Positions 52,298 to 64,000 of a stretch of 64,000 nt of DNA are shown here, piece after piece. The position numbers and the translations under genes were made by a program. Location: NCBI GenBank assembly GCA_951406725.2, contig OX597814.1, positions 224,502,001 to 224,566,000 of the forward strand. The letters run 5' to 3'. The notes below the pieces were generated by a model that did no database searches, was not told where the DNA came from, and saw only the letters and a program-made list of their open reading frames with translations. Each line of letters starts with the position of its first letter. Position 1 is the first letter of the stretch. The stretch comes from Octopus vulgaris. Taxonomy: Eukaryota.

Positions 52298-53345
52298 AAA
52301 TATATATATATGCGCGTGTGTGTATATGTGTATTATATTTTGTGTGTGTATGTGTTTATGTGTGTGTGTTCTATCTAATAAAAGTATCGACCAAATCTCT
52401 TGAAATTAATGTCCTACAGTAACAAACAAAAAACTGAGACATTTTAGGTAATGTGGTCCTTATATGCTATATTAGAACAAATGACTGGCATGACCCGGGC
52501 ATTCTATGTTTAAAATGCCTATGATAATTGCTCCTCTTGGTCAGAGATGATTTTAGACTAAACAATAATAACAACCTCAGGAAAGAGAACCAGAACGAAG
52601 ATATATTTAAAGTAAATCGCCGTCTGTAATAAATTGCTGAGATGTAAGGAAGGTCAAGCTTCGTTGAAAATGAGCACAATTTATAGAAATTACTCCTGTA
52701 GATTATTCCAGGTCACACGTTTCTACGTGATTATTTATAACTAGAACATTTTGTAATTTAATCATCTCATTTTCCTTTTCTTTTAATTTACTACTTTCAA
52801 GTTTCTTCTTATGTTCTTGAAATCAGTTTCCTGAAACAAGACACGTCCTCGTTTCGAAACACATATACAAATAGGTATATATTTGTATGCGCATACAGCT
52901 AGCTTTCCCAGAATATCTCACCAAATTGCATTATAGGCTAATATATTGAAGTGAGAAAACTATAGTGGAATATAATTGTTATTTATGATAATACATCTTT
53001 TTATGGCAATTTGCTCTATCTTAAGTAACAGGCCATTTGTTTCAAGTGTGCGCTGCTACCTTTTGCCTTGCCGGAATCATTGGTAAAGGGTCTTATTAAG
53101 AACAGGAAAAACTCTCTTATTTCTTTCCCACTGGAAACAATAAAACAATTTGAATTATTATATACTTTGGCCTCTAATTTGAATGCAATTTTCTTCTCTC
53201 AAAACGTCTTCTTTTATTCTGTCTGTTTGCTACTCTTTTGCCATCTATCAAAAATGCTACACCCATTTTTGAGTGTAGCATTTTTGATTGATGGGTGTAG
53301 TAGACATGAATTCATATCTATAAGTGTATATACAAACTTACGCGC

Positions 53346-53392
<47 letters not shown>

Positions 53393-53849
53393 TACATATA
53401 CATAATACATATATATATACATAAAGACGCACGCAAGTACACATAAATTTAGAAGAATACCGAGAGAAAAATATCTGAGTAGTCAAATACATAGACAACA
53501 ATACATCTAGGTTTATATGTGACTCTACTGTTTACATATGTTCAGAAATAACTTGGAGCGAGTCAAAGTGTCGATGGTTCATATTCTGTCACAGGTAGCG
53601 TTAAGCGTTTCTAAACATTCTTCACTGTTTATTTGCAAATGTCTACAACTTACATTCTGTAATGAATTAATTTAAATTTCAGAATGGTCTTCTCTGCTTT
53701 TTCTGACCAAAATTGACCATTAGACAGGTATTTTCACCTTAGTATGTGTCTAGTTTTCATTTTGTAAAAATGTTGGTTCATTACATATGCTAACACCGAC
53801 ATAACTATCTCCAAGTCTTTCAAAAACGGTAAGACCTACTGGATAATTG

Positions 53850-54615
53850 TTGGGTCATCCAGTAAATAATGCGGTTTTTTCAATTGCATGAACTTAAAGT
53901 CGAAGACGAAGGGGAAAAACTACCTGCATCAACTTGCTATAAAAGCAGGTAGTAATTTTACATTGTCCTTATTCTTAGTGCAAGTTTGGAAGAGTGCAGT
54001 TCGATTTTAACAGTTATTTTTTCAAAGCTATAATGAAAATGACAAAGGAGCCATATTGGGTATGTTTTGCTTTATGAGTTCAATAAAAGCAGCAACGCAA
54101 CGGAAAGTGCGAAGAATATTAATGCAGTGTTTGGGGACCGGACAGACAATAAGCGTATGCCAGTATGAATGGTGGTTCCAGAAATTCTGAACCGGAAACT
54201 ACAGCCTAGAAGACGATCCTCGTCCCGGAAGATCTATAGAGCTTGACAAAGACGCCCTGCAAACGCTGATGGAACATTCCAAATGCTGGAGTAGTTTAAA
54301 TAGGAAACGATGCGCCACCCACCATATTCGCCGGACATTGCCCCATGTGATTATCATTTACTCTACAATCTTCAAAATCATTTGGACAGAAAAAATATGA
54401 ATTCTGTAGACGAGGTCAGAACAGTACTGGAGAAGTATTTTTCATCGCGGACAAGTAAGTTTTGGAAGTGAGGCCATGCGAGTCTACCGGATAAATGGAA
54501 GAGCATTGTAGAAAATAAAGGAGAGTATATTTTATATCAAAAAGAACTTTGTTTATTGTAATTTTGAAAAATAAAAGAAGTATAATAAAACTGCATTATT
54601 TATGAGATGACCCAA
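53850..54615 (+). mobile_element. Internally deleted mariner element
   Basis: TIRs ttgggtcatc..gtaaataatgcggtttt / aaaactgcattatttat..gatgacccaa. N-terminal LYEFNK..NATESAKNINAVFG...WWFQKF...LEDDPRPGR joined to C-terminal HPPYSPDIAPCDYHL...LPDKWKSIVENKGEY. Confidence 0.92.
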
Positions 54616-55568
54616 TATATACACACTGTCTGAAAAATGTAATAGTCACGGTTGGAACGACTATGATCATAAATCTGTTCAATGAGAGAGGAAATTAGAT
54701 GCAATAATAATGTAGGGTAACGAAAACAATAATCTATTACTGCAGTCATTGGGAAAACTGCAGATTATGTAAATTCTGCTATCTGCATATCGATATTTTG
54801 CTATTAATACACTTGTATGGTCAATTATCAGATTTTCACTCAGAAATCTATAGAATCTAGATAAATCAAAAGAATTTTTTTATCTGATATTCCGTTCTAT
54901 TATGTAATAAAATCTTTTATGATCACTTCTGGTTAAAGACAGGTTTGATGCTACGGAGTAGATAGACTAAGCGATCGCCCGGCTCATAAGTTCGGAAGCA
55001 CCATGAATAATTTAAACGAAATTTCTCTGTCCAATTGAAAACACGAAAACCTAATAGCAAAAAGATCAGATTAGGTTACTCCCGGAACACTAGCTGGAGA
55101 ATATGAGTGGTTGGGGACTGAGTCGAGAAGTTTCTGTGGTGCTCTCACCTGTCACATGATTTGGCGTGAATTTTGCCCATTAACAGATTTACATAGTCAT
55201 ATTCAGGAACATAAGACCATACATTTCTTGCTCGTAAATTATAATCATTACAGTTTCCTTATTGCATTTTATAGCCACTGTAATAAGGGTGGGGACTGGA
55301 AGAATCGTTAGAAAAATTAGAGAAAAAAGACCTCATTGTAGGGTCAGACTACGTCACTGAATACTCTAATACCGAGCCTTGTTGTATATGCATGATTACC
55401 TGGTGAGAGGTAAAATATTTTCTATTAAGTCATTAAGTTTATAAGGTTAGTCTTTGCATATAACTTGGCAAAATACATTAACGATCTGAAGCTTCTTCAG
55501 CGGTTTCCCGGCTTAATGTTTGCGGTTGATGAAAAGATTTCTAATTTTCTGGTTGCCTTTATCAATAT

Positions 55569-55897
55569 CTATAAAGCTGAAATGCGAAAAAGTTGTTTGA
55601 TTTCTTGGTTATTTGTCTCATTTTGGGATGGGAACGTAGATGGGGTCGGATTGGAACCAAAATTTACACTGGGGGGTAAAATGGGGGTGAGCAATGGTGT
55701 GAGGGGGGTTGCAAGTCGCTCGGGGCTACCGTTTTGTTGCCATCGTGAGGAATATGGGAAAAATTGAGTTTTATGGGATAGACAGGTTGTGCTGTTTGAA
55801 TAATGGTGGATTTTCGTGTTGCTGCAGGGGCTAGAGGCGGTTATCTTTAATTGTGGGTGTAAAAATTCGGGGTATTTTGGAAAGGGGGCGACATCAG
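55569..55897 (-). other. Candidate host exon (Pro/Ser/Thr-rich), unverified
   Basis: Long polypyrimidine tract and ccatag acceptor at 55898, then about 109 open codons to TAG; non-repetitive and richer in GC than the flanks. No recognisable domain. Confidence 0.25.
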
Positions 55898-56466
55898 CTA
55901 TGGAGATGATGAGGAGAAAAGAAAGACTGGAAGAAAAGAAAGAAGAAAAAGAAGATAAAAACGAAGAAAAACTAAAAAAAAAGAAGAAAAAGAAAAAGAA
56001 GAGGGCAATAAAAAGAACCAGGCAAAGAAGACGAACAACAGAAAAAAGGGAAAAGGGGACAACACGCATAAAACGACACCACCACCAAAACCCGAGCGAA
56101 GCACGGGTCAAAATAGTTGGTCTACTTAAAATCTTATTCTGTTTGCCATGACTTGTGTTTGAGTCTGACACTTTAAAACTACGTAAAGAGATGAGGGATG
56201 TAATCGGAATTTTTGATCTAATTCTAATTTTGGCTGAAGGCCAGCAATTTTGGTGTGAGATGGAAGACTATTACATCGCCCCAAACCCGATGTAATACGG
56301 TTAGGGTAGAAATGCAAAGTTGACATCGATAATATTTGAACTCAGAACGTAAAGTACGGAGAAAACTCTTAGTAAGCATTTTGTCCAACGCGCTAACTGT
56401 TCTGCCACTTTCGGCCATCTTAGCAATAGAACGAAACAGGAGGTATCTATTGAAATCTTTGATATG

Positions 56467-56681
56467 ACTCCTTTACTCTTTTACTTGTTTCAGTCATGTA
56501 ACCATGCTGGAGCACCGCCTTTTAGTCGAGCAAATCGAACCCAGGACTTATTCTTTGTAAGCCTAGTACTTATTCTATCGGTCTCTTTTGCCGAACCGCT
56601 AGGTTACGGGGACGTAAACACACAAGCATCGGTTGTCAAACGATGTTGGGGGGACAAACATATACACACACACACACACAT

Positions 56682-56724
<43 letters not shown>

Positions 56725-56862
56725 TACGACAGGCTTCTTTCAGTTTCCATCTACCAAATCCACTCACGAGGCTTTGGTCGGCCCGAGGCTATAGTAGTAG
56801 ACACTTGCCCAAGGTGCCACACAGTGGGACTGAACCTTGAGCCATGTGGTTGGTAAGCAAGG
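56467..56862 (-). mobile_element. SINE family 4 copy
   Basis: Reverse complement of most of 51888-52297. Confidence 0.92.
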
Positions 56863-57611
56863 GTTATCTAAAAAGAACCTTACATATGGAACAAAATCGG
56901 AGTCCTATTCATTTTTTTTTTAGCATAATGAAACAAGCTCGAATGTTACACTTTCTACAATCTTAACTGTCGAATGTCATCGAAGTCTGTCAAAATCTTA
57001 TACATAATGGATCAATGTTATGAATATCTATAAATCCATGTACCAAGACAAAACTAAGATTCTTTATAGAATATGGAATCTCTCAAGGACAAGCTGGTCA
57101 CTGGTAATGCTAGTTTACCGGTGGGTGGATTCTACGTTGTGCTCGTTTTGATTTTGATTTTTACTACAAAGCCTGGGAACATTTGATTCATGTAACACTC
57201 TGTGTGTTGTTTATTTTTCCCGGGGGTGATATAAGCTGTGTGTATATGTTGAGTATATTTCTTTATGGTTTTACAGTTTGATCAACAAAATTAGTTTCGT
57301 GTTTGTAATTGAGACTTTATGTTCATTTTAATTTAATTTTGAAAAGTTACGTTTGTACCCAAGAATCTAATATCTCTTTCCAGAATCTTTTCTCTGCCTT
57401 TCGGCTTTTTTATTTTTATTCTTATCACTCTTTTCCTACTCCCCCCCCTTCTCTCTCTCTCTTTCTCTCTCCACCCGCTCCCTCTTGCCCTCGGCAAATT
57501 TATCTCTTTCTCTCTTTCGTTTACTTCTTTTTACTTATTTTTTTCTTCTTAATCCATTTCTATGTTTCTTTGCCTCTCCTTCTCGCCTACAGTTGTGTAT
57601 GTGCCCGCATG

Positions 57612-58655
57612 TACATACATACATAGATACATACATAGATACATACATACATACATACATACATACATACATACATACATACATACATACATACATACAT
57701 ACATACATACATACATACATACATACATACATACATACATAGATACCTACATACATACATACATACATACATACATACATACATACATACATACATACAT
57801 ACATACATACATACATACATACATACACACATACATACATACATACATACATACATACATACATACATACATAGATACCTACATACATACATACATACAT
57901 ACATACATACATACATACATACATACATACATACATACATACATACATACATACATACATACATACATACATACATACATACATACATACATACATACAT
58001 ACATACATACATACATACACACATACATACATACATACATACATACATACATACATACATACATACATACATACATACATACATACATACATACATACAT
58101 ACATACATACATACATACATACATACATACATACATAAATACATACATACATACATACATACATACATACATACATACATACATACATACATACATACAT
58201 ACATACATACATACATACATACATAAATACATACATACATACATACATACACACATACATACATACATAGATACATACATACATACATACATACATACAT
58301 ACATACATACATACATACATACATACATACATACATACATACATACATACATACATACATACATACATACATACATACATACATACATACATACATACAT
58401 ACACATACATACATACATACATACATACATACATACATACATACATACACACATACATACATACATACATACATACATACATACATACATACATACATAC
58501 ATACATACACACATACATACATACATACACACATACATACATACATACATACATACATACATGCATACATACATGCATACATACATACATACATACATAG
58601 ATACCTACATACATACATACATACATACATACATACATACATACATACATACATG
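57612..58655. repeat. About 1-kb (TACA)n microsatellite with variant units
   Basis: Direct reading; explains the 239-400 aa IHTY/MYVC ORFs. Confidence 0.98.
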
Positions 58656-58949
58656 CATATATATATATGTGTGTGCGTGCATATATTTATGTATATGTAT
58701 GTATGTGTATGAAAATGAGTGCGTGTGTGTTTTAACCAGAGCTCACGCGTTCAAAGTGGTTTGAAGTCAGACTGGATCTATGAGATGGTAACTCAAGTTA
58801 TCAGAAAAAGCATATTTGACAACAAGACTAATTCGTTTAAATTTCATTTCGCAAACTACACGAACATGTAAGCACACACATACACAAGTACGAAAACCAA
58901 AATCGTGTGAAAATTGAACGATTTATTTTTTCCCTTCTTTCTATTGTTT

Positions 58950-59368
58950 CTTATTTCTTTACTGCCCACAAGGGGCTAAACGTAGAGGGAACAAACAAGG
59001 ACAGACAAACGTATTAAGTCGATTATATCGACCTCAATGCGTAACTGATACTTCTTTAATCGACCCCGAAAGGAAGAAAGGCAAAGTTGACCTCGGCGGA
59101 ATTTGAACTCATAACGTAGCGGCAGACGAAATACCTATTTCTTTATTACCCACAAGGGGCTAAGCACAGAGAGGACAAACAAGGATAAACAAAGGGATTA
59201 AGTCGATTACATCGACCCTGGTGCGTAACTGGTACTTAATTTATCGACCCCGAAAGGATGAAAGGCAAAGTCGACCACGGCGGAATTTGAACTCAGAACG
59301 TAACGGCAGACGAAATACGGCTACGCATTTCGCCCAACGTGCCAACGTTTCTGCCAGCTCGCCGCCTT
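58950..59368 (-). mobile_element. SINE family 1 dimer (head-coreA-coreA)
   Basis: Junction gaaatagg/tatttcgtc near 59133. Confidence 0.92.
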
Positions 59369-59429
59369 TTATAGTTTCTATGGTTCGAGCATTCAACATA
59401 ATGCCCTACGTCCTTTTATAATCTGGTTC

Positions 59430-59830
59430 AAATCTTGGTTGTATCCTGGACAAAATACTTGGCGACATGTTGCCCGTCTTTACGTTCTCAGTTTGAGCTC
59501 CGTCGAGGCCGATTTTGCCTTTCATCCTAACTGGATCGATGAAATAAGTACCAGTTAAGTACTAGGATCGATGTAATCAATAATCTCCCTCCTACCAAAG
59601 TTTAGGTCTTGTGCCTATAGTAGAATGATTATTTTTATCATAAAGGCGGCGAGCTGGCAGAATCGTTAGCACGCCGTGTCTTATCTGTCTTTAAGTTCTG
59701 AGTTCAAATTCCGGCGAGGTTAACTGAACTTTCCATCCTCTCAGGGTGAATAAGATAAGTACCAGTTGAACACTGGGATCGATTTACCATCTCACCCGAA
59801 CATGCTGGCCTTGTGCCAACATTTGAAACC
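59430..59830 (+). mobile_element. Two older SINE family 1 copies
   Basis: Degenerate cores; head aggcggcgagctggcagaatcg at 59644. Confidence 0.75.
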
Positions 59831-59925
59831 GTTATTATTATTTGATACAGGGAAAGAAACATATATACATACATACATACATACATACATACATACATAC
59901 ATACATACATACATACATACATACA

Positions 59926-59956
<31 letters not shown>

Positions 59957-60618
59957 GATATATTGTGACACATATCTGTATGGCAAAGCGTTAGGCATGT
60001 ATGGAAGGTGAACTTCTCTGAATCGAGAATCGAAACCGGGGTGCGGATACAAGTCACTATAAGTTAAGTTACGGTGATTCGCCACTAATAATTTCACCTT
60101 ATGATGCGGGTACGACAGAACTGGTAGACGTCTCACAAGATATCTTGTCGCGTTTATTTATGTTCCTTTGCGATCTGAGTTCAAACTTCACCGACGTAGA
60201 CTTTGCCTTGCCGGCGTAAATGAATTGGAGTACCAAGCAGGTACAAGACTCGACGTCGTTTCCATATCTCAAACATTTTTGCCTTATTTTACAAGAATAA
60301 AGAAAAGCCCGGGATGAGCAGAAACGGTTATTGAACTAAATGCTATTTCATATTTAATCTCGTGCTCCTACGTTCTGAATTCAAATTTCTTCAGTATCTA
60401 CTTTGCATACATACATACATACATACATACACATCAGTACATACATACATACATACATACATACATACATACATACATACATACATACATACATTACATA
60501 CAAAAGCGAAAGAATTTTAAATGCATTTGAGTGTTTATTCACGTTCTGAGTTCAAATCTAGATGAGCTTGATTTTGTTTCTACATTCGGTCGACTAAATA
60601 CATACATACATACATACA

Positions 60619-60649
<31 letters not shown>

Positions 60650-61121
60650 GCATACATACATGCCAAAGACATACATTGGTGTTACATGATGGAACATACA
60701 GAAGCTGTTGAGTGATGTTCTCAATGTTATTTCGTATTTCATATCAACCATCGCAGTTCTGTGCTGAAATCTCGCCGGTGTTAACTCTGTCTTATATTCC
60801 TACGGAGCATTTAAAAGAGGAAGCAATAGATTTACAGTCGTCGACAAAGTTGGATGTGTCTCTCCTTTGAAAATGCGTGACGTTTTTACCCTTGTGAAAA
60901 GCTCTTAGCACACTGTTGTCAAACAAAGTGCGAAAATGTCTACTGCAAATAACTGCAGACAATAACGTCAGTTGCTTTCACTGTAGTCAGGGTTACACAT
61001 CTTTTACAAAGCAAGAACGTGTAACTAAGATCTTAATAACATAAAAAAAACAATAATTATAACAGTAATGAAAACAAGAAAACAGAAAACAAAAAATAGC
61101 AATATATATTATTAATATTCT

Positions 61122-61511
61122 TTTCTACTCTAGGCACAAGGCCTGAAATTTCGGGGGAGGGGGCAGTCGATTAGATCGACCCAAGAACGTAACTAGCACT
61201 TAATTTATCGACTCCGAAAGGATGAAAGGCAAAGTCGACCTCGGCGGAATTTAAACTCAGAACGTAGCGGCAGACGAAATAGCTATTTCTTTGCTACCCA
61301 CAAGGAGCTAAACACAGAGAGGACAAACAAGGACAGACAAACGGATTAAGTCGATTATATCAACCCCAGTAACTGGTACTTATTTAACCGACCCCGAAAG
61401 GATGAAAGGCAAAGTCGACCTCGGCGGAATTTGAACTCAGAACGTAGCGGCAAACGAAATACTGCTAAGCATTTCGTCCGGCGCGCTAACGTTTCTGCCA
61501 GCTCGCCGCCT
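61122..61511 (-). mobile_element. SINE family 1 dimer (head-coreA-coreB)
   Basis: Junction gaaatagc/tatttcgtc near 61282; tail B at 61122-61165. Confidence 0.92.
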
Positions 61512-61530
61512 TGCAACATATTAATAATGT

Positions 61531-61860
61531 GAAGGCGCATAGCTTAGTGGCTAGAGTGTCGGACTTATAATCATGAGATAGTGAGTTCGATTCCTGGACC
61601 GGGCTATGTATTCTGCTCTTGAGCAAGACAATTTACTTCACGTTGCTCCAGTTTACTTAGCTGTAAAAATGAGTTGTGACGTCACAGGTACGAAGCTGTA
61701 TTATTGGCCTTTGCTTTTAGTTTGGATAACATCGGTGGCGTAGAGAGGGGAGGCTGAAATGCATGGGCGACTGCTGGTCTTCCACAAACAACCTTGCTCA
61801 GGCTTGTACCTCGGTGGGGAACTTTCTGGTCGCAATCCCGTGCTCATTCATTTGGTAACC
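61531..61860 (+). mobile_element. SINE family 3 copy
   Basis: Colinear with 44228-44560. Confidence 0.88.
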
Positions 61861-62987
61861 AAATCTTCAAGAGTAACAACAACAACAATTATAACACACA
61901 AAAAGGAAAACGACGGAATCAACTTTGAAACCTTTCGAAATGGCAAATCGTAGCAACTATTGTTGTAATTAAAAGTGGGGTGGGGGAAGTCTCTGTGCTT
62001 GTTCTAAATATCAAGCGTTAATTAGGGGCGAGGATTGAATTATTGTCATTAGATGCCTTTTACCTCAGTTTTCTCTGGGTAATTTTCATGAAAACACACG
62101 CGTACAGACATAAAGACACAAATCCACATATATACATACATGTATATAAACAACCACAAACACACACACACATGCATACATGTCTATGAATGTAACTATA
62201 TATGAGAATGTGAGCGGGTGTCTGTCTATCTGAGTATGTGTTTGCGGTGGTGACGGGGTTGCATAGAAGATTGCTATATCCTGTAATTACTGAGGAACCG
62301 TAAACATGTCTAACAAACTTCATAAACAAATACACCCAAATACATTTTATGCAGTACAGATGTAGTGGCTCATGGCGATAAGAAGTGTGTGCGTGCATGT
62401 ATGGTTGTATGTATGTATGTATGTATGTATGTATGTGCATATGAATGTATGTATGTATGTATGGTTGTATGTATGTATGTGCAGCTATATATGAGTTGTA
62501 CACATACGGATATATTCTATGCACACAAATACCTAAACACACACAGAAACATAGCCAAACATATGCATACACACATATTTACACACAAGCACATAAATAT
62601 ATATATATGAGGGAGAAAGAGAGAGAGACAGACAGACAGACAGATAGACAGACAGAGAGGGAGAATTAGAAAGAGACAGTTGAAGAGTCAGCTATGTGCA
62701 TGTACTGTAGTTTCATATGTAAGTATGAAACCTCGAAATCTTCCACTCAACTAGAACCACACAAATGCCCACACATTTGAAATTGCTTCTCGTTGCTCTT
62801 TCTTCAGCCAAACTAATTCTTTCTGTCCTCTTCTATCGTTTTTATTTCCCTCATATATCCATTTTATTCTTCTCCTTCCAACGACCGCCTCTTCCCGCTT
62901 TTATGTTTCTCCTTCCCTTTTGTTTGTGCATTGAAACCCTTACATCTGCCTAATACATTCGTTCTTCAATTCCCCTCAGTATATATA

Positions 62988-63912
62988 CCGTAAATCCTCG
63001 AGTATAGTCCACCCTTGAGTATAATACGCAGGGATTTTTTAGAGGGCTGTACCTCTGAAAAACCTAAACCTTGTGTATAATACGCACCCCTTCTCTAACT
63101 TGAGTCAAGGAGGGCTATATAACGTCCTTGGTTTGTAAAAATGTATACGGTTACGTCCTTTATTATTGTTGTATATATAACATAATGCAAACATGTAGCT
63201 TTTCAAATTTTCTTCCGGCGGCCCTATTACCATGCTCTTCAGCATATGATATAACTTCAAGTTTAAAAATAGCTGAATAAGATCTACGAGGCATTTTATG
63301 GGCATGTAATATATAAAATGTTTTATTGGAGATTAATGTACAGGTTTAAGTCCCGCTTATAAAAAACAAACCCTAGTAAAGACCCACAGTAGTTCAAACA
63401 TTTAATACTGGTATTTAATTAAGTATCTATTGTTTGCCACAGTAATGATGCAAACTGCCAATACAAACAGTAGGATGAACTATTTAGCGCTAAACTATTA
63501 AGCACAATTTGTGAGTAATTAAGCCAGCAGCACCTAGTCGAACAAATACTTCCGCACATGCGTAATACATTAATGGTGATGTTCTTAACTGTTATATGGG
63601 AATGTAAATATGTTTGCAAATTGTTTTTGTTACATGTTATTCTGTGTTCTGAATACTTTTATTTTAATAAATGTTGCTTACTGCAAGTTATGGATGATTC
63701 TTTTATGACTTCATTGCTTTCAGGCATTGCTTAAGGTATTTTCGTTCCCGACATCACAAAATGCGTCTGAATAAACATTGCCGGAGAGCAAATAGAGACT
63801 CGGACATTGCTTAGAAAATATTTTTCATTTTAACTTCGTATATAGTACGCACTAGGGATTTTGACCTCTAAACTTTGGGGGGAAAATGCGAATTATACTC
63901 GAGGATTTACGG
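62988..63912. mobile_element. Non-autonomous Tc1/mariner-superfamily (Tc2/pogo-like) DNA transposon
   Basis: Perfect TIRs ccgtaaatcctcgagtata / tatactcgaggatttacgg flanked by TA; subterminal repeats gtata(a/g)tacgca at about 63019, 63075 and 63839. Confidence 0.9.
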
Positions 63913-64000
63913 TACTTCTTATATTGTATGGTACTTTTTATATTGAATGGCCTAGTGGTTAGGGAGTTGCATTTACAATCGCAAGATCGTTGTTTTCATG

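Noticed and set aside
57535-58764. Long ORFs (239-400 aa) of MYVC/IHTY repeats, and similar ORFs throughout
   Set aside because: Stop-free translations of (TACA)n, (TATC)n, (AAT)n and (TCT)n microsatellites; not genes.

Overview
AT-rich, microsatellite-dense eukaryotic DNA (intergenic or intronic). The SINE families and the TACA/TAGA/TAA/TA microsatellite load point to a cephalopod, probably Octopus (inference from recognition, not a search). I find no intact protein-coding gene; most long ORFs in the track are microsatellite read-throughs. The window holds decayed mobile DNA: a Penelope-like element (RT + GIY-YIG), R4/Dong-like, RTE and CR1-type LINE fragments, several tRNA-derived SINE families, mariner/Tc1/Tc2 relics and MITEs, and a Helitron helicase fragment. 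The most notable signals are: (1) two well-formed type I hammerhead ribozyme motifs, one abutting a perfect 77-bp palindrome; (2) a SINE that forms head-[core-tailA]n-core-tailB arrays through one recurring junction, consistent with self-targeted insertion, including a 184-bp satellite; (3) R4/Dong-like elements stacked at (TACA)n tracts; (4) a CR1 LINE and a SINE sharing a 3' tail; (5) a four-helix motif whose helices are kept between divergent copies; (6) an inverted duplication of SINE plus unique flank 29 kb apart. All coordinates and folds were read by eye; boundaries of decayed elements are approximate.
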